In this document: in pieces, positions 40,848 to 55,300 of the stretch
How positions within the stretch are numbered: the stretch's first letter is position 1
Layout of the letters: each line of letters opens with the position of its first letter
NCBI GenBank assembly: GCA_964304625.1
Contig: OZ199839.1
Coordinates: 3,276,724 to 3,340,723, forward strand
Length of the DNA: 64,000 nt
Reading direction: 5' to 3'
Source of the DNA: Kudoa neothunni
Taxonomy: Eukaryota > Animalia > Cnidaria
The notes under the pieces: model-generated
The model's database searches: none
What the model was told of the DNA's origin: nothing
What the model saw: the letters and a program-made list of their open reading frames with translations, nothing else
Position numbers and translations under genes: made by a program

Positions 40848-42765
40848 CAGTCGAGATTGGATATTGCGTGATTCGGTATTGCGTAATTTAAGATTTTCGA
40901 TATGAAGATATTTACATTGGGACTTAATTTTAGAGTTATATCATTACTTTATTTATTAAATTAATAATATAGAATAAAAATAAAAAAATATTTTTTCTAC
41001 GTGCCTCTGATTTAGTATTGCGTAAAACCTTTTTATTGCGTAACGTAAATTACCAACGTGACTAGATATTGCGTGATTTCATCTTCAACATGTCCAGGGA
41101 GCAGCGTGAAATTTCTGAGAAAATTAGAATAATACAATATTACAATTCAATAAAATCAATAAAGGGCGCAAAGAAAATGACGGTTGAAAAGTTTAAACTT
41201 AGTGGTATGATTATTTTTAATCGATAACAATTTATTTCTTAAAGGACATTCAACGCTTGACAGAATTCTTTCTCATGAAACCAAGCTGAACGATTCAGAT
41301 GTTGCAGGAAGTAGGAAGAGGCATTCAAATGGAGGATTTATCAACATAGACGAAGAAGTTTATGAATGGTTTATCAAAAAACGCACCAATGGTCACATTA
41401 TTTCTGGTGACGTAATACTTGGAATTGCCACCATAATTGCCAGAAAGAATGAAGTTCAAAATTTTAAAGCAAGCAGGGGTTGGCTAGCGGGGTTTAAAAA
41501 AAGGTTTGGAATCATTTGCAAGCATTTTCATGGTGAAGCTGCGAGCGCTAACGTCGCGTCTATTGATTCGTGGATCTATGAAAATAAAAATTTGATAAGC
41601 ATATACAGCCCAAAAAATATAATCAATATTGACGAAACTGGGTTGTTTTATGAGAAATTACAGAACAGTAGTTATTTATTAAAAGAAGAAAATGACATTA
41701 AAGGTAAAAAGCTATCGAAAAAAAGAATAACGATTTTGGTATCGTGCTCTTTAAGCGGAGAAAAGTTGCCCTTAGTCGTAATTGGGAAATACCAAAACCC
41801 CAGGTGCTTCAAGGTGGTAAAAAATTTATCTTATGAGTATTATGCCCAAAAAAATTCTTGGATCACCTCTGCTATTTTTTTCCAGATAATGAAAAAATTA
41901 GATTTTAAAATGGAGTCAGAACAACGAAAAATACTACAAGTGTTTTACAGCCACTCGATCTCGGAGTGATCAATTGTCTTAAAAGTAGATATAAAAAAAT
42001 ATTGTGTAGCCATATGGCATTATGTGATGATTCGTTAAATAATAAATTTACATTACTTAATGCAATTTTGACACTCCAAGAAGCATGGAACAGTATTCCA
42101 CCTGAAATTATTGTCAACTGTTTTAAAAAGTCTGGCATATTTAGCGAAAGTAAAAGCTAATGCGAACTTAAAAAATTAATCCATTATCATAGGATATATA
42201 GAGACGGAAACAAATGATAAAATTTTCGAAGATGAACAGAGTATAAATATACAATAAAATTTTAATATTTTTATAGTCGAGGAGGAAACATGGGAGACCA
42301 ACTTTGATGATGATAACTTACCTACTTGTGAAGATGATAACGGCGATGTCTTAATATCAACAGCGAATCCAATTCAGAATGAAATCGAATCTGATGAGGA
42401 AGAACCAAAAGTTCCAATAAAAGATATAAAGCATGCCGTAAGTACATTAAGGAAGGTGTTTATTCGGGAAGATCCATCTGGACTCATCGATCTTCATCCG
42501 ATAATGGATCGAATTTTAAAAATATCATCTCAAAGATGGCACCAAACTAAAATTACTTCATTTTTTCATAAAAATTAATAATTTTGTCTGGTTGAGTTAA
42601 ATAAAATTCCTTATATTTATTTTATTCCACTAGCAATGATTTAAAGTAGGATAAACGCACAAAACAAGTTTAAATCGAATATTTTTACAAGTGCGCATGT
42701 GCGTGACTCGATATTGCGTAATTTTTGGGGCCAAGGAATAATTACGCAATATCGAATCTCGACTG
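40848..42765 (+). mobile_element. pogo/Tigger transposon; intron-containing transposase (41090-42578) with internal deletion
   Basis: TA|CAGTCGAGATT...AATCTCGACTG|TA; repeated TATTGCGT sites; FKASRGWLAGFKKR, NIDETGLF, QPLDLGVI motifs; C-terminal QTKITSFF. Confidence 0.92.
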
Positions 42766-43370
42766 TATTATATACACACGAACGGACCTCTCATCTTGAT
42801 TATGCCAATTATCTATCTATACGCTAATGTGGTTATACTAAATTCTTATAATGTAAATTAGAATTTTGTTATGGGTTATTTATAGTACAAGTATTAAATT
42901 TACTTAAATCGAGATAATTAATAATATTAATTATTGGGTTTATCCCTTAGGGATTTTCCTGTATGTACAAAAGTGTATAATTAAAAAAGCTCTCAACCAA
43001 TTTTACTATATAATAACGTATAATTTAACCTATTTATATAAAATTACAGTTTGCATCTTTACTAAATAATGCAATTTCGTTTTATGATAACTTTACCTTG
43101 CAAAAATAATATAATATCAAATAAGACGAAAACACTTTTTTTTAAATACCAACAAAAAATTAATAAAAACATATTATAATTGTGTTTAATTAGAAATATG
43201 TCAAATTGATGAAATGGGGAAAACCAAACAATGTGCTTTATTTAGTCAAACCATAACCGTTCATTATAAACAAATTATACCCAATATACAGCAAATTCTA
43301 CAAATAGGAACAAATTATTCCCCGTTCTTGTCAGGATTAATTTTCGAGTTTTAATTAGGTCAACGCAATT

Positions 43371-46300
43371 ATGAAATTTTTACTTCACTTGTATTTTGTT
43401 TTATCCCTGTTTGAGTATCTTAACGCAAATTTTGAAAAAACAATATTACTTACCCCTCCAGTGGCCTCAGCTGGATTTGGTTATCAAGTGGCTTTTCAAA
43501 AAGGCCAGAAGTAAAACTAATTTCTTTTTATATTTAATGAAACATTGCCATTAGTCCAATATTAATATCTGATCCCGATAAAAATAACGGTGAGCTGTAC
43601 GAATATGATGTTTCAGGCGATAAAAAACAAAAAAACACTATAACAAGTACTTTGTGAGATACCATCATTGATAACTTATCTCAACATAAAAAAGAGTCAA
43701 ATGTTAAATTTTTCGGGTCACATATTTCACGATCTCCTGATGCTGAGTTTCAATACGTAAACTAATTTTTAATTGATTTTTTTAATTTCAATTAACTCGT
43801 GTAGGTTTGGTGTCCACTAGATCTGGGCCAAAATAAGACGTTTTACAATTCGCCTAATAAAAAATCAAATGGTATCGATTTAGTCGTATCTCTCAGTGAA
43901 TATGGTATTATATGATAATAATACTTTTATAACTTTGTATTTAAGAGAAACACTCGGATAAAAAAGGTATTCTAAAATGCAGTGATTAAATAATATATTG
44001 GTTGCTTGAGGTTTCTTCATATACGGAAATCATGCAGAAGTGTTGAGTGATGGGACAGTATTGTATGGATCACCTTTTTCTAATGCTCTTTATGGTAAAT
44101 TATGTTTTGATAACTGTTAGCGATGCAGCGGCTGATTATGAATACCATTTTGTTAAAGTTATTCATTATATAAGATGTTTTGTAACTAAATAAATAAACA
44201 TCTTACTCATGAGATAATTATCTATCCAAAATACAACTAAATTATCTCAAAATATTCAATTTTTGCTCAATATTTGTATTAAATGGAACAAAAAATTGTT
44301 ATAAGCAAATAGAATGGTTATTTTATAATTTTATAATGCAGAAAACTGAAAAAGTAAATATTATACTCTTTATTCCAGTTTATAATAAACTTAATTAAAA
44401 TACTCTTACTAAAATTATTTTTCCACTTTTCTAAAATCTTATCTATAACAGTAATACATCAGCAGGAATTATGATTTTATCTAATTATTACATAAAGTTA
44501 AAGCAAAAACGAAGTATAATCTCTTTACTGTTTCATTAACGCATAAAAACTATAAATTAGATTGACTAACTCAACTCATTTATTTAGACGTTGTAACTTC
44601 ATTTTATGCAGAATAAAAATCATAATTATTAGTTTGTAACTAATTTTTCATACAAGGCTATTGAAAAGATTAAAATCTGAAAATATAATTCCGTATAAAA
44701 TTTTGCTTTAAATAAATTCCCCATATTTCTGAATTTTTTATTTTAATCAAAAAACAATTTTATTTATATTTTTAAATAAATGATAATTTTGACGTTGTTT
44801 AACTCAAAGAAGGTTTATTATACCAATATAAACATATGCAGAATTTGCGACTTGCGAATTTGATTTAATAAGCATTGGCTATTCTTGAGGTTGAAAATAT
44901 TTTTTGGGACAGATGGGATATTTATTTTATTTTAGTATAATTTTTATGTTGAATTATTTACATTTTTTAAAATCTAGATTAAATTACGTTTCGTTTAAAT
45001 TGAATTTAAATTATTAATATTATCGGGTTTTACCCCGAATCCGGACCGCGCTTAATTTGAACTGTTTTGAGTAAATTTTTATTGCGATAAAGTTAACAGA
45101 AATTAATAATTTTAAAGATATATGAATTTGGGCTCTGATCCACCTTAATTACTAAACATTAAAACTAATATCTTTGCAATAATTGCACCTAATAATTGAC
45201 GAAAATATCAGAATTAAATAATCAATTTTTTAATCTCTACCGATATCTTGGTGTGTATGGCATTTACCATCAAACGACTCGCAATGTTCAAAGTATCCTT
45301 TTAAGTCACTTTCTGTTACTCGGTTTGAAGCATCAGCCATTCTTTGGATCAAATCCAGGTTTTCATTAATTGCGCCATATTTTCTAACCAAGGAGTTTAT
45401 TTTGGAAAAAACTTCCTCGCAAGGATTCAAAAATGGCGAGTAACGTGGTATATAACGAATTTTATAGTCACAGTTGTCGTAAAACTCTTGATTACTATGA
45501 TGGAACCTTACGTTGTCCATAACAATAGTAAAATTTTCGTTTTCTAAAATATCAGAAACCTTTTTTAATAATGCTTGAAAAATTTCAGCATTAACACTTC
45601 CCTGAATAACTTCCGACCAAACCACATTTACAGCGTTTACTGTCAAAATCATTGTGACATTTCGCCCTCGACTGTTAGGTAAAATAGGATTTGGAGTAAT
45701 CCCAACAAGAAAACGGTCACGGGATCGTATGAGATGTAGAGAAAAAGGGCTCTCGCCAACGAAAATTAGAATGCGGTATCCTAAGTTGATAGGGATTACT
45801 GCACACCAATTGACATACTGTAGCCTTTCTACTTTTACGCTAGAACAATTTATACTTTTAGGAATCGACCTCGTAATTTTAAAAAACATATTTGACTTTT
45901 TAAGCCATTTGTATATAGTAGATTGGCAGACTTGTGCTCCAAGTTTTTCCAAAATTCCACCCAGAGTGATAGTGCAATCATCCTCAATGATAGAAAGAAG
46001 CTCTTCTTGAATATCTGTGTAAATTTGGTGTTTTCCCCACCTTTTTGTTCCTTTTAATAAGTTTCCTTTAAGTCGTATTTTTTAATAATATCGCTTAGTG
46101 TAGAGCGCGGAATTTTTAAATCTTCAGAAATTTCTTTCTGAGATTTACCTTTCTGGATGACAAGATATATCGCAGCTTCGCGAATTGAGTTTTGATGTTC
46201 GATTCTTTTAGGCATCTTGGTCACTACCAATCCGGATTTGAATTACGCGCAGTCCAGATTCGGGGTAAAAACCCGGTAATTTCTTATTTAATCTAATTGT

Positions 46301-49300
46301 CTGAAATCTATTTTTTTTTCTCGCATGTACATTAAGGTAAGCAAAAATTATAATACTTTATTTTTTTGTTATGAGATAATATATTAATTTCCAAAATTAT
46401 AAAAAACTAATATTCATGAATTAAGAAAATTATAAATGCTAGATTTAATTGATCCCAGATAGCGATATAAAACTGAAAATTATAAGCTAGTTTTACAAAT
46501 ATTTAATCGTTTTTTAAATATTAAATCTGCTTATAATTTAGTTATATTTCAACCTGTAATTTTAGGGTATCGGTTTTCCTAGATAGAAATAAACTTTTAC
46601 CTCTATTAAAAAAATTTAGTTTAACTAAAGGTTCTAACAATTAGATGTCATCAGTGTTAGATAAATCTATATATATATAGATAAAATATTTTTTATTTAA
46701 ACTAAAAGTATACCGATATCGCCAAAGGTTTAAATTGGAAGTTTATTAAATTATTGTTTTATTAATTAATTTTGTTCTTTAGAAATTTTATATTTAATTT
46801 ATTTAAAAAAACGTTATAATAATTTTCTTAAAGGGGCAATTATGTACTGTCAAGATATTAACAAACCCCAACAATGCAAATTTATACGAACACATATTCA
46901 TTCATGGAAAATGTATAACCAAGGTTTAGGTAATTTTTACTGTGTTATAACAATCTTAAAAAGTTAATAGGATTATATTTCAAGGTTGGAAATGTGGCAA
47001 ACAGCCAAGGTGACGGTATCTCGTGATTGGTTGTCGATTATATAGCATTAAATATATCCCATTTACTAGACATCATAGCAGCCATTCCAAACCATAATGT
47101 TTTTGATGGTTGCGTGTTTATATATTCTATTGAACAGTTGAAAGCAGCAAAGACATTGCGTAGAGATAGGAAAACAATTTCTTACTCAACACATATTGAT
47201 GTATGCTACGAAGTAACTATTCTTCGTCGTTGGAGGGCGTGTTGTTATTGAGTATTAAGGAGGAAAAATTCACCGGTTTCGGTTATCATTTTGCTGTTGT
47301 TAAAACCTCTCAAAGAAAGTATCAAATGTTACGAAAAATTAATTTTAAAATTAAATTAAAGCTATGATTATTTGATTGTTGGCATGCCATTTCATAGCAA
47401 AAATGGTCATGAATCAGGAAGTATTGCATTAATTACCCCAGAACTAAATGTAAACTAGAATATCACCCCATCTAATATAAGCACTACGATTAGACTGAAA
47501 CAAACAAAATGGATTACCCCATCAAACTGCTATTTACGGGTAAAAAATGGTCACGATTCGGATATTTCGTACATAACGTAAACGATATCGATTCAATGGT
47601 TACAGTGGTAATTACTTAATTTGTCCGAGGTCCCGTACTCCCTATACTGATTGGTTTACTTAAGATGTTATTGTTGGAGCGCCATTTGAAGATAATGGTG
47701 TTTTGTACGTATTCTATCAAACAAATGAAGGTTTCAATTCAAATTATTATACCGTAGAAATAAAAATATAGTTTATTCAATAAAGTTGTCATTATTATTA
47801 TAATTAGATTATTGATCAAAATCAATTCGGTGGCGATCCAGTAAAAATGTTTGGTTACAGTGTGGATTCGTTTGACACAGATAATGACAGCAGATACGGT
47901 AAAAATATTTCACCTGGCATGTATATATTATTTATTTAGAACTACTGATTGGAGGATTTGGAAGAGTTATCTATTTGAAAACAAAAGTGCAGGCAACCCT
48001 GCATTATGACATAAAGATGGCGACAAATAGCATTGATTTCCTATCCAAACCAACATGTACCATTAACGACGCAACGGTTCCATGGTGCGATATTTTATTT
48101 ATTATATATGCATAGAATCCAATTGTAATAATGCATTTAGCTTGAAAATAGACATTTGTCTTAAATACACAGGTGAACATGTAACTCGAAATAGTAAGCA
48201 TCATAAATTTGTTTACCCTAAGGGTGTGATGAACATGTTTTAGCTCTTAATTTCCATGTGAGAATACAACAAACCAGTCTTACAGCCGTCGTACCAGAAG
48301 AAGCGCTACTTGAGGATACTGGATATTTTTCTGAGACAAATACCAGCGAACAAGAAAAACCTTTTACGGTTAGAAAGCACACCAGAGACTTCGAAAATAA
48401 CTCAGATTGTTCCCCATTCTATTTCATTTTGGTAATTTATTCAAAAATATATAAATCTGACCATCCTAAATTATCTTATTCAATAGGGCACACATCTAGC
48501 TATAGAAAATGATCTTGTCTTTAATATAAATATCACGGCGCATGGAACTCCAGAAGATACTTATGTGAATGACAGAATATCCCAAAACATAATAAAAAGA
48601 GTTTTTAATAATTGACTAACTCGGCCAACAATTACAAATATTTTAGGTTCCAGTCACACAGAATTGTGATACTAATACTTGTAAACCTGACCTTATCTTG
48701 AATGTGAAGGAAGACCTAAATGGCTTGTATTATTTATAATATTTATTTGTTCTCTCTGAAACAATACAAGGTCAGAAATTGAAGATGGTTCAAATTTTAA
48801 GTTCAACGTGACGATTCAAAATAAGCACAAAAAGTCTTCGGGTGTCGTGGGTTTCATAACTGTTCCACCTGAATTTTTCATCACAAACGTACGATAACGT
48901 TTTTTATGCCCACATAACTTAGATTTCGTTATCTTAATTCTTTAAATATATAAAACTTAAATTGGTTTTATAATCCTTTTAAAAACATTAGATGGGAATA
49001 GTTTAATATTATCCGCTAGTTTATCTGATCTAACAACCTTTAAATTTATCTTAAAATTATATTCGCGAATTTTATTTATTTTATATCTTATTAAATGAAC
49101 ACATCTTTAAATATAATGTAAAAATATGAAGATTTGATTGTAAGTATATTCTTTGATCCTAACTTATTTAATTTTAAAAAGAAACTCAATATATATGTGG
49201 CCTATTACAAACAATTATTGATTTACAAAAGAATTAAAGTGTGCAGTGCGTCGTTTAAGAATAATTAATCAGTGTATTTTCCATTTCGTTGGTGAATTTT

Positions 49301-52300
49301 TCTTAATATCTTATAGAATGCAATGATAAATAAATAATTCCCAATTCATTATTTTATAAATTATTATAAAAATATTCTAACGTGTAAATAAAGAACAAGG
49401 ATTCTTGTTCTTTAAGTATTGTTGTAAGAAAAAATTCCCCGCCACATGTATCTGGAGTCCAACTAAGTAATTCATTTTAATTTTTGGCGTTTGATAACAA
49501 AAGGCGATTCTTCTGGGTTCAATATTTCTGAAGAATTTTATTCCATATTATAATTATAATGAAGGAGCGCAGTCTTATTTATATTAATAATAAATTATAA
49601 TCTTTCATAATATCTGGGATATTATTTGAACTATTATTTCTCAGCTTCAACGTTAATACTCGTGAATTTTCCCGGTGGTTGTTCACATGTTAGATTACAC
49701 CTTTATATACTTTCAGTTTTCCTTTAGTACTAACAGAAGTGTTCTTTCTTAAACTGATGAAATAATTACATTTAATTGCCATTATTTGTAATAAATGTTG
49801 TTATATTTTTAAACGATTCATGTAACATTTTTAATAAAAATTTAATTTCCATATTTATTAGCAGTTTTATTTAGTAGATATTATTATTAGAATATGAAAT
49901 GTTGTATATTCCAGTGCAAAATAATTTTCTACAATTAAATTTTAAAAATTAAACATAATTTTGGCTCACCATAAACATTAATTGTTAATTATACAGCAAA
50001 TAAAAATTTATTTCTACTATTTTTATTTAATATATTCATTATAATTTAAATTATAAATTATTGAATTCGTCCAAAGAATATTTTCTTGTACTTTACAAAG
50101 TGCGCAATAAGCGTAGTCCTTTGTGTATAGTTATTCATTTCGCTGAAATTTATAATAGATATAGTTTTTAAATGTGTGTGGGCAATTTGGATTAAATTTT
50201 TATTCTTAAAATAATTTTACTTTAAAAAGGTAAACAACGGCATCCACTATGGATTGATGTCAACCGAAGAGCCTCCCGTTTACAAGTTGATGATTGTAAA
50301 CAAAATGTACCCCGACGAAAATGTGAGTTTTTTGTTGATGCACTTATCCTATATTTGTAATAGTTTGATTTTGTCGTAACAGTCCAATCGAACAAAGCAA
50401 TAAAAAGAAAGAGTTCGGCCTATTCGTTTGGGTTTAGAGTTAGTTCGTAATTTTATGATACTTTTAGCTGAATAACTATGGGGTGGGCAAACTCGAGATT
50501 AGACCACGAATGTGACTTATTTATTAAAATGTCATTCGTAATTTATTATATTATGAATCTTCATGTTTAATACTAAAAAGTTTAATAGTTAACAAAAAAT
50601 TCAGTCGATTCTATGTGATATTAAAGTTAACCTATAAATTTGTAAGTGCCATTTCTGAGCGTAAGAGCATGTTTGTTTGTTGCTAAGTAGAACGTTGGAA
50701 AATCTGGGTATATTATGATTTCTGAAATTTAGTAATTCTACTATGTTTATGTTTATATTTATTATTACTATATCTTATGGTAGTTAATAATAATAACGAT
50801 ACGGTCTATATATTCGATACATGTGCGCATTCACATAAATTGAAAAATTTTAAATTATTATTTCCAAATAATAACACGCATTATGTAATTTTGAATCGCA
50901 AAATTGAACCGAATTTAAATTTGGGATAGTTATTGCCTTCATTAAATATATTTATTGTTATGAATTCTATTTAATGTATTATAAATTTAATTAAAAAATT
51001 CTTTTAACCCTCTTACATGAGAAAACAACCGCTCTCCAACGGGTTTAGGGTAAAAAAAGACTCCAAATTTTTTTCTTTTAATGTATGTAGAAAATTATTA
51101 TAAAGTTATGATAAAAATATGGAGAAATTCTGCCCAAGGAATACTGAGAGAACAATCAATTACTGCATAATTAATCCTCGGTGATCTGCTTCGGTAAGAT
51201 TAGGCATTATTTCGTAATAACTCGTTATTATAACGTATAGTATGTTTAGCCACATTTGAAATAACGACAAACAAAAATCTTAATGAAAATAAAATATAAA
51301 CATAAATTCTAACAAAGACACTCTATGCGGTAAAAATGCAGAAAAGTGACCGTAGTAAAAAACTGCCATAACGAATCAAATCGACTATGATGAATAATTT
51401 ATTTTCGTTAATTTTTTAGTTTTGATTAAACTGGAATTTACATTTAATATTATCTTTCACATATATACGATAGTTATTGTAATCTATTATGTATCTCCTA
51501 GTCCCTCGTGATCATTTTTACAGGCCATAACACTCAATCGAGTCAAGCATCCTTTATTGTGTTCTAAACTTGAGTGAGGCAACTGATTTCTATGAATTGT
51601 CACAGTTTATCCTTAGCGGCTTCCTATTATTAAATACAAGAATTTATAAGAATGAGAATTTCATATTAGTACAAACATTAGATAATCAATTGTAGCAAAT
51701 GTTTAACGATCAGTATTTAAAATAAATTATTGTCGAAATTCAGGCATTCCTACTGTAAACTGTTTAAAAAATGTCATTATTCAAATTTTTAGTTGTAGGA
51801 TTAGCTAACGATCTAACTATAATCTTTCATTGGTGAATGCTTCTGCTGTTCTACAATTTTACCTTTAAATTATTAAAAGCTTATTTATTAGGAGAAATTG
51901 ATCGTTTGCGGGATTGGTAAAATGGATAATTTTGTTCGATAAGATATAATCAATATTCCACATAAAATTTTGTATGAATCTATTTAATAAAATATTTTAG
52001 GAGAATAGACGAAATTTTAAGTAACTCAGATAATTGTAAAATATTCTATGAACAAATTAAAATCCTCTTGGGGGTCTAAAGGACCTCGATCCCGTTTGAG
52101 GGTTAAGGTAATAAAATAAATTTCATTAGTATAAGACGTTGAAAACTATTTTTAATTTAATATATAAATATTAAAATAAAAAACATAATTGATCATTATA
52201 TCTCACATTTTTATTTAACGCAAGAATCTTTAAGAATTCAATTACTTCCAAGTTCCTTCTATTTTTATCTATTCCTATGAAGATTACGAACTAGTGGTTA

Positions 52301-55300
52301 TCTTTTGTATCATTGTAAATTTTGTTGAAAAGGAACAGCCACAGATAACACAACACCGTAAGGTAACAGGTAAAGGTATGTGTATTTAAAAAAAGTAAAG
52401 ATGACTAAAAGTACACTTCTAGACATTAAATGAAAACTAATTATTTTAATAAATTGATATTCAAGATAATTATTTAAATTTAAAAGATGTTCAAAAACTG
52501 CCTTTATTTAATTTTTTAAATATTACAATATAGCATAAATATTTGAATTATAAATCTGTTTCAATATTCATTACGAAAAACACTTATAAAAGTTTCTTTG
52601 TAGATATTTTGAAATAATCAGTGAAAATAAAAATATGTCATCATTTGTGTTTTGATAAGTTTATTTGCCCACCTCAGAATAAGTTGTATTAATAACGACT
52701 TATTGATTCGATAGAAATACAAAAGAAGCAAGTCTAACCAACAACCAAGTCACATCAACTTTGCCTTTCAAATTTTTGTCTGAAATCAGCATTACAAGGT
52801 AATAAACTAATGGTAGAGCATGAGATTGTTCAAATCAACTCTTTTCTGGTCAATAGTTTCACCAATCCATCATCGTTAATTATCTCAAATATGAAAGGCG
52901 ATAAAGAGACTGACTCTGTGCATCTATACCCTCAACTCGACATACACGTTTTGGTGAATAAGGAAAATACTATTGAAATAATAAATTATTTAAATAAAAG
53001 GTTTCAAATGTGGGACCTCATGACACCCCAAATGGGTCTCTTGAAATCAACATTCCTGTAGCTGTAGACGGTATTCAAATAATGTACCTCTTAGGATTGG
53101 ATGTAACTATTATTCTGTTAATCTTCGCTTATAACAATTACTTAGGAATCTCAGCATAACAAAGAAATGTCTTGTTCTGAGCTGCTTGAGTTAACGAGAT
53201 CCAGCGTAATTATATGAATTATTATACGAGGCGTTGAATATTTTCTGTCTAGATAACTTCCACATATGACAATCTGATTGAATCTAGTAAAAATACAACA
53301 ACTGCGGAGGTAATATTAAAGCTAAGGCTACTACTATCATTTTGCATATTTATTTTATGACTATTTGTCCATATTTAACTAATGTTTTCAAAATAAACCT
53401 TTTCATAATATTTATTGAGGATATTAACTTAATAATATATGTATGGTAAGACTTTATTGGAGTAACGCTAACCATGTTTAATCAAATCCAAAAGCATACC
53501 ATACATAAGCTGAATATGGTAAATATGGCAAATATGACCAAGAGTTAAAATTATTTAAGATTTTAAATTTAGTATGTGTAGGCTTAGAATTTTTCAGGTT
53601 GTTGAGAAAAGTGATTATTAATATATAATTTTATTTCCATTAGCGCTTAATTTATAGGTTTTGGCATTGAAAATAGTTTAGACAATTAAAACCAAAAAAT
53701 GGTTCATGATTTTAATCAAAATACTTAATTATATAATTTACACACCTTTATTTGATATAAATAATATTTATAATCGAAAAAATGTAATTAATAATTTTAG
53801 AAGAATAATCTTTGATGCTATGGTGAAAATGTTGACATTTAATTTTTTTCTACTATGGTTAATTTTTAATAATAAATTGACTCAATATTTTGTTATTATT
53901 AGTTGTATTAGGAAACTTTTGTTTCAATAGTTATGTTATTCAGAATTAATTAGAATTCTTGAATTTTTTTATTGACTCTAACATTAAAGCTCATAATTTT
54001 ATCTATAAAATGTAAATAATACAAATAATTTGATTATTTTAATGAATTAATATGACTGCTATTACTTAGTATTTTATATCCTATTGTTGATATAAAAATA
54101 ATGTTTTCTCGTATTATAATTAGTCAATCGCTATTATATATGTAGTTTTATCAGGTAAAGTGCGGATTATTGCTATTTACATTTAGAAAAGCAATTATTA
54201 GGGTCTAAATATTTTTTTAAAGTTTAATAAATTTAATAAGTATATAAACTATGCCGTGTTATTGATCAGCCTACGTGAGGGTCAATTGGCATTCAATAAA
54301 ATAATATATTCAATTCTCTTTAAATATTAATATAAAAATTACTATATTTTTTTAATAAATTTAAATTTATTAAATAAAAAGTTACTAAACCAACATCTCA
54401 TTATCAACCCTCTGAGTCACACGAAAATTTACGCCTTCAAAGTAAAAAGGGGGTAGAAATTTACCCCAGATTTTTTTGATCTAGAACTGTTTAAAATACA
54501 AAGTTATATAACCTCGAATGGTTTTAATAAATATTGTCGATTAGATTTTGAGCAAATCTAGAAACATTATTATTAAACCCCGCCGCGCATGCGTGCCTCA
54601 TAAAATACTTAGCGTGTTTGCTGTATTCCCTTAATCTTGTCTTATGAACAGCAAACCTCTCTCTGTTTGCTTAAAAATTTCCTTCTAATGTAAAGGAATT
54701 TTTAAAGGTTTATTGCGCACTAATAAATGTAATATGTATATAAAAAAGTAACAACGATAACAAGGAAACAGTGTTATTTCTTGAAAAACGTTCAATAAAC
54801 ATACCAAAAATGTTTTATACAACAAAAGGCTAAGTGAACGTCACATTTATGTGAAATTTTATGTCGTGCATTTGTTGATCGAAAAATGTCCGAAATGTAT
54901 CAATCATCGAGTTAATATTCTGTTTTTTGAGAGGGGCAACACCGAAACGATTATACAAGTTGTTTTTAATTGGTGTTTGAGTAGAAAGTAGAGCCCCAGT
55001 CTCCCATAATGTTCGATCTTGTCAAGAAGATAATCAACTAGAAGATTTGTATCAAAATCGCGTTTATCTGAAGATTCTTCGTTAAGAGGCCGTATTAAGT
55101 GTATGATGAGTCGAATCTGCGCAACTTTCTATGAATTCGCGCGAACTCATTGCACACAAAACAATAGTGGAGCATGCGCATATCAGGCTTATTAATAGTG
55201 TTTCTTGATTTTCTCAAAATCTAATCCATAGAATTGACTAATACTACTCTTAATTAAATAACTTTTTATTTTAAATAGTTTTAGTCAAAAAAAATCTGGG

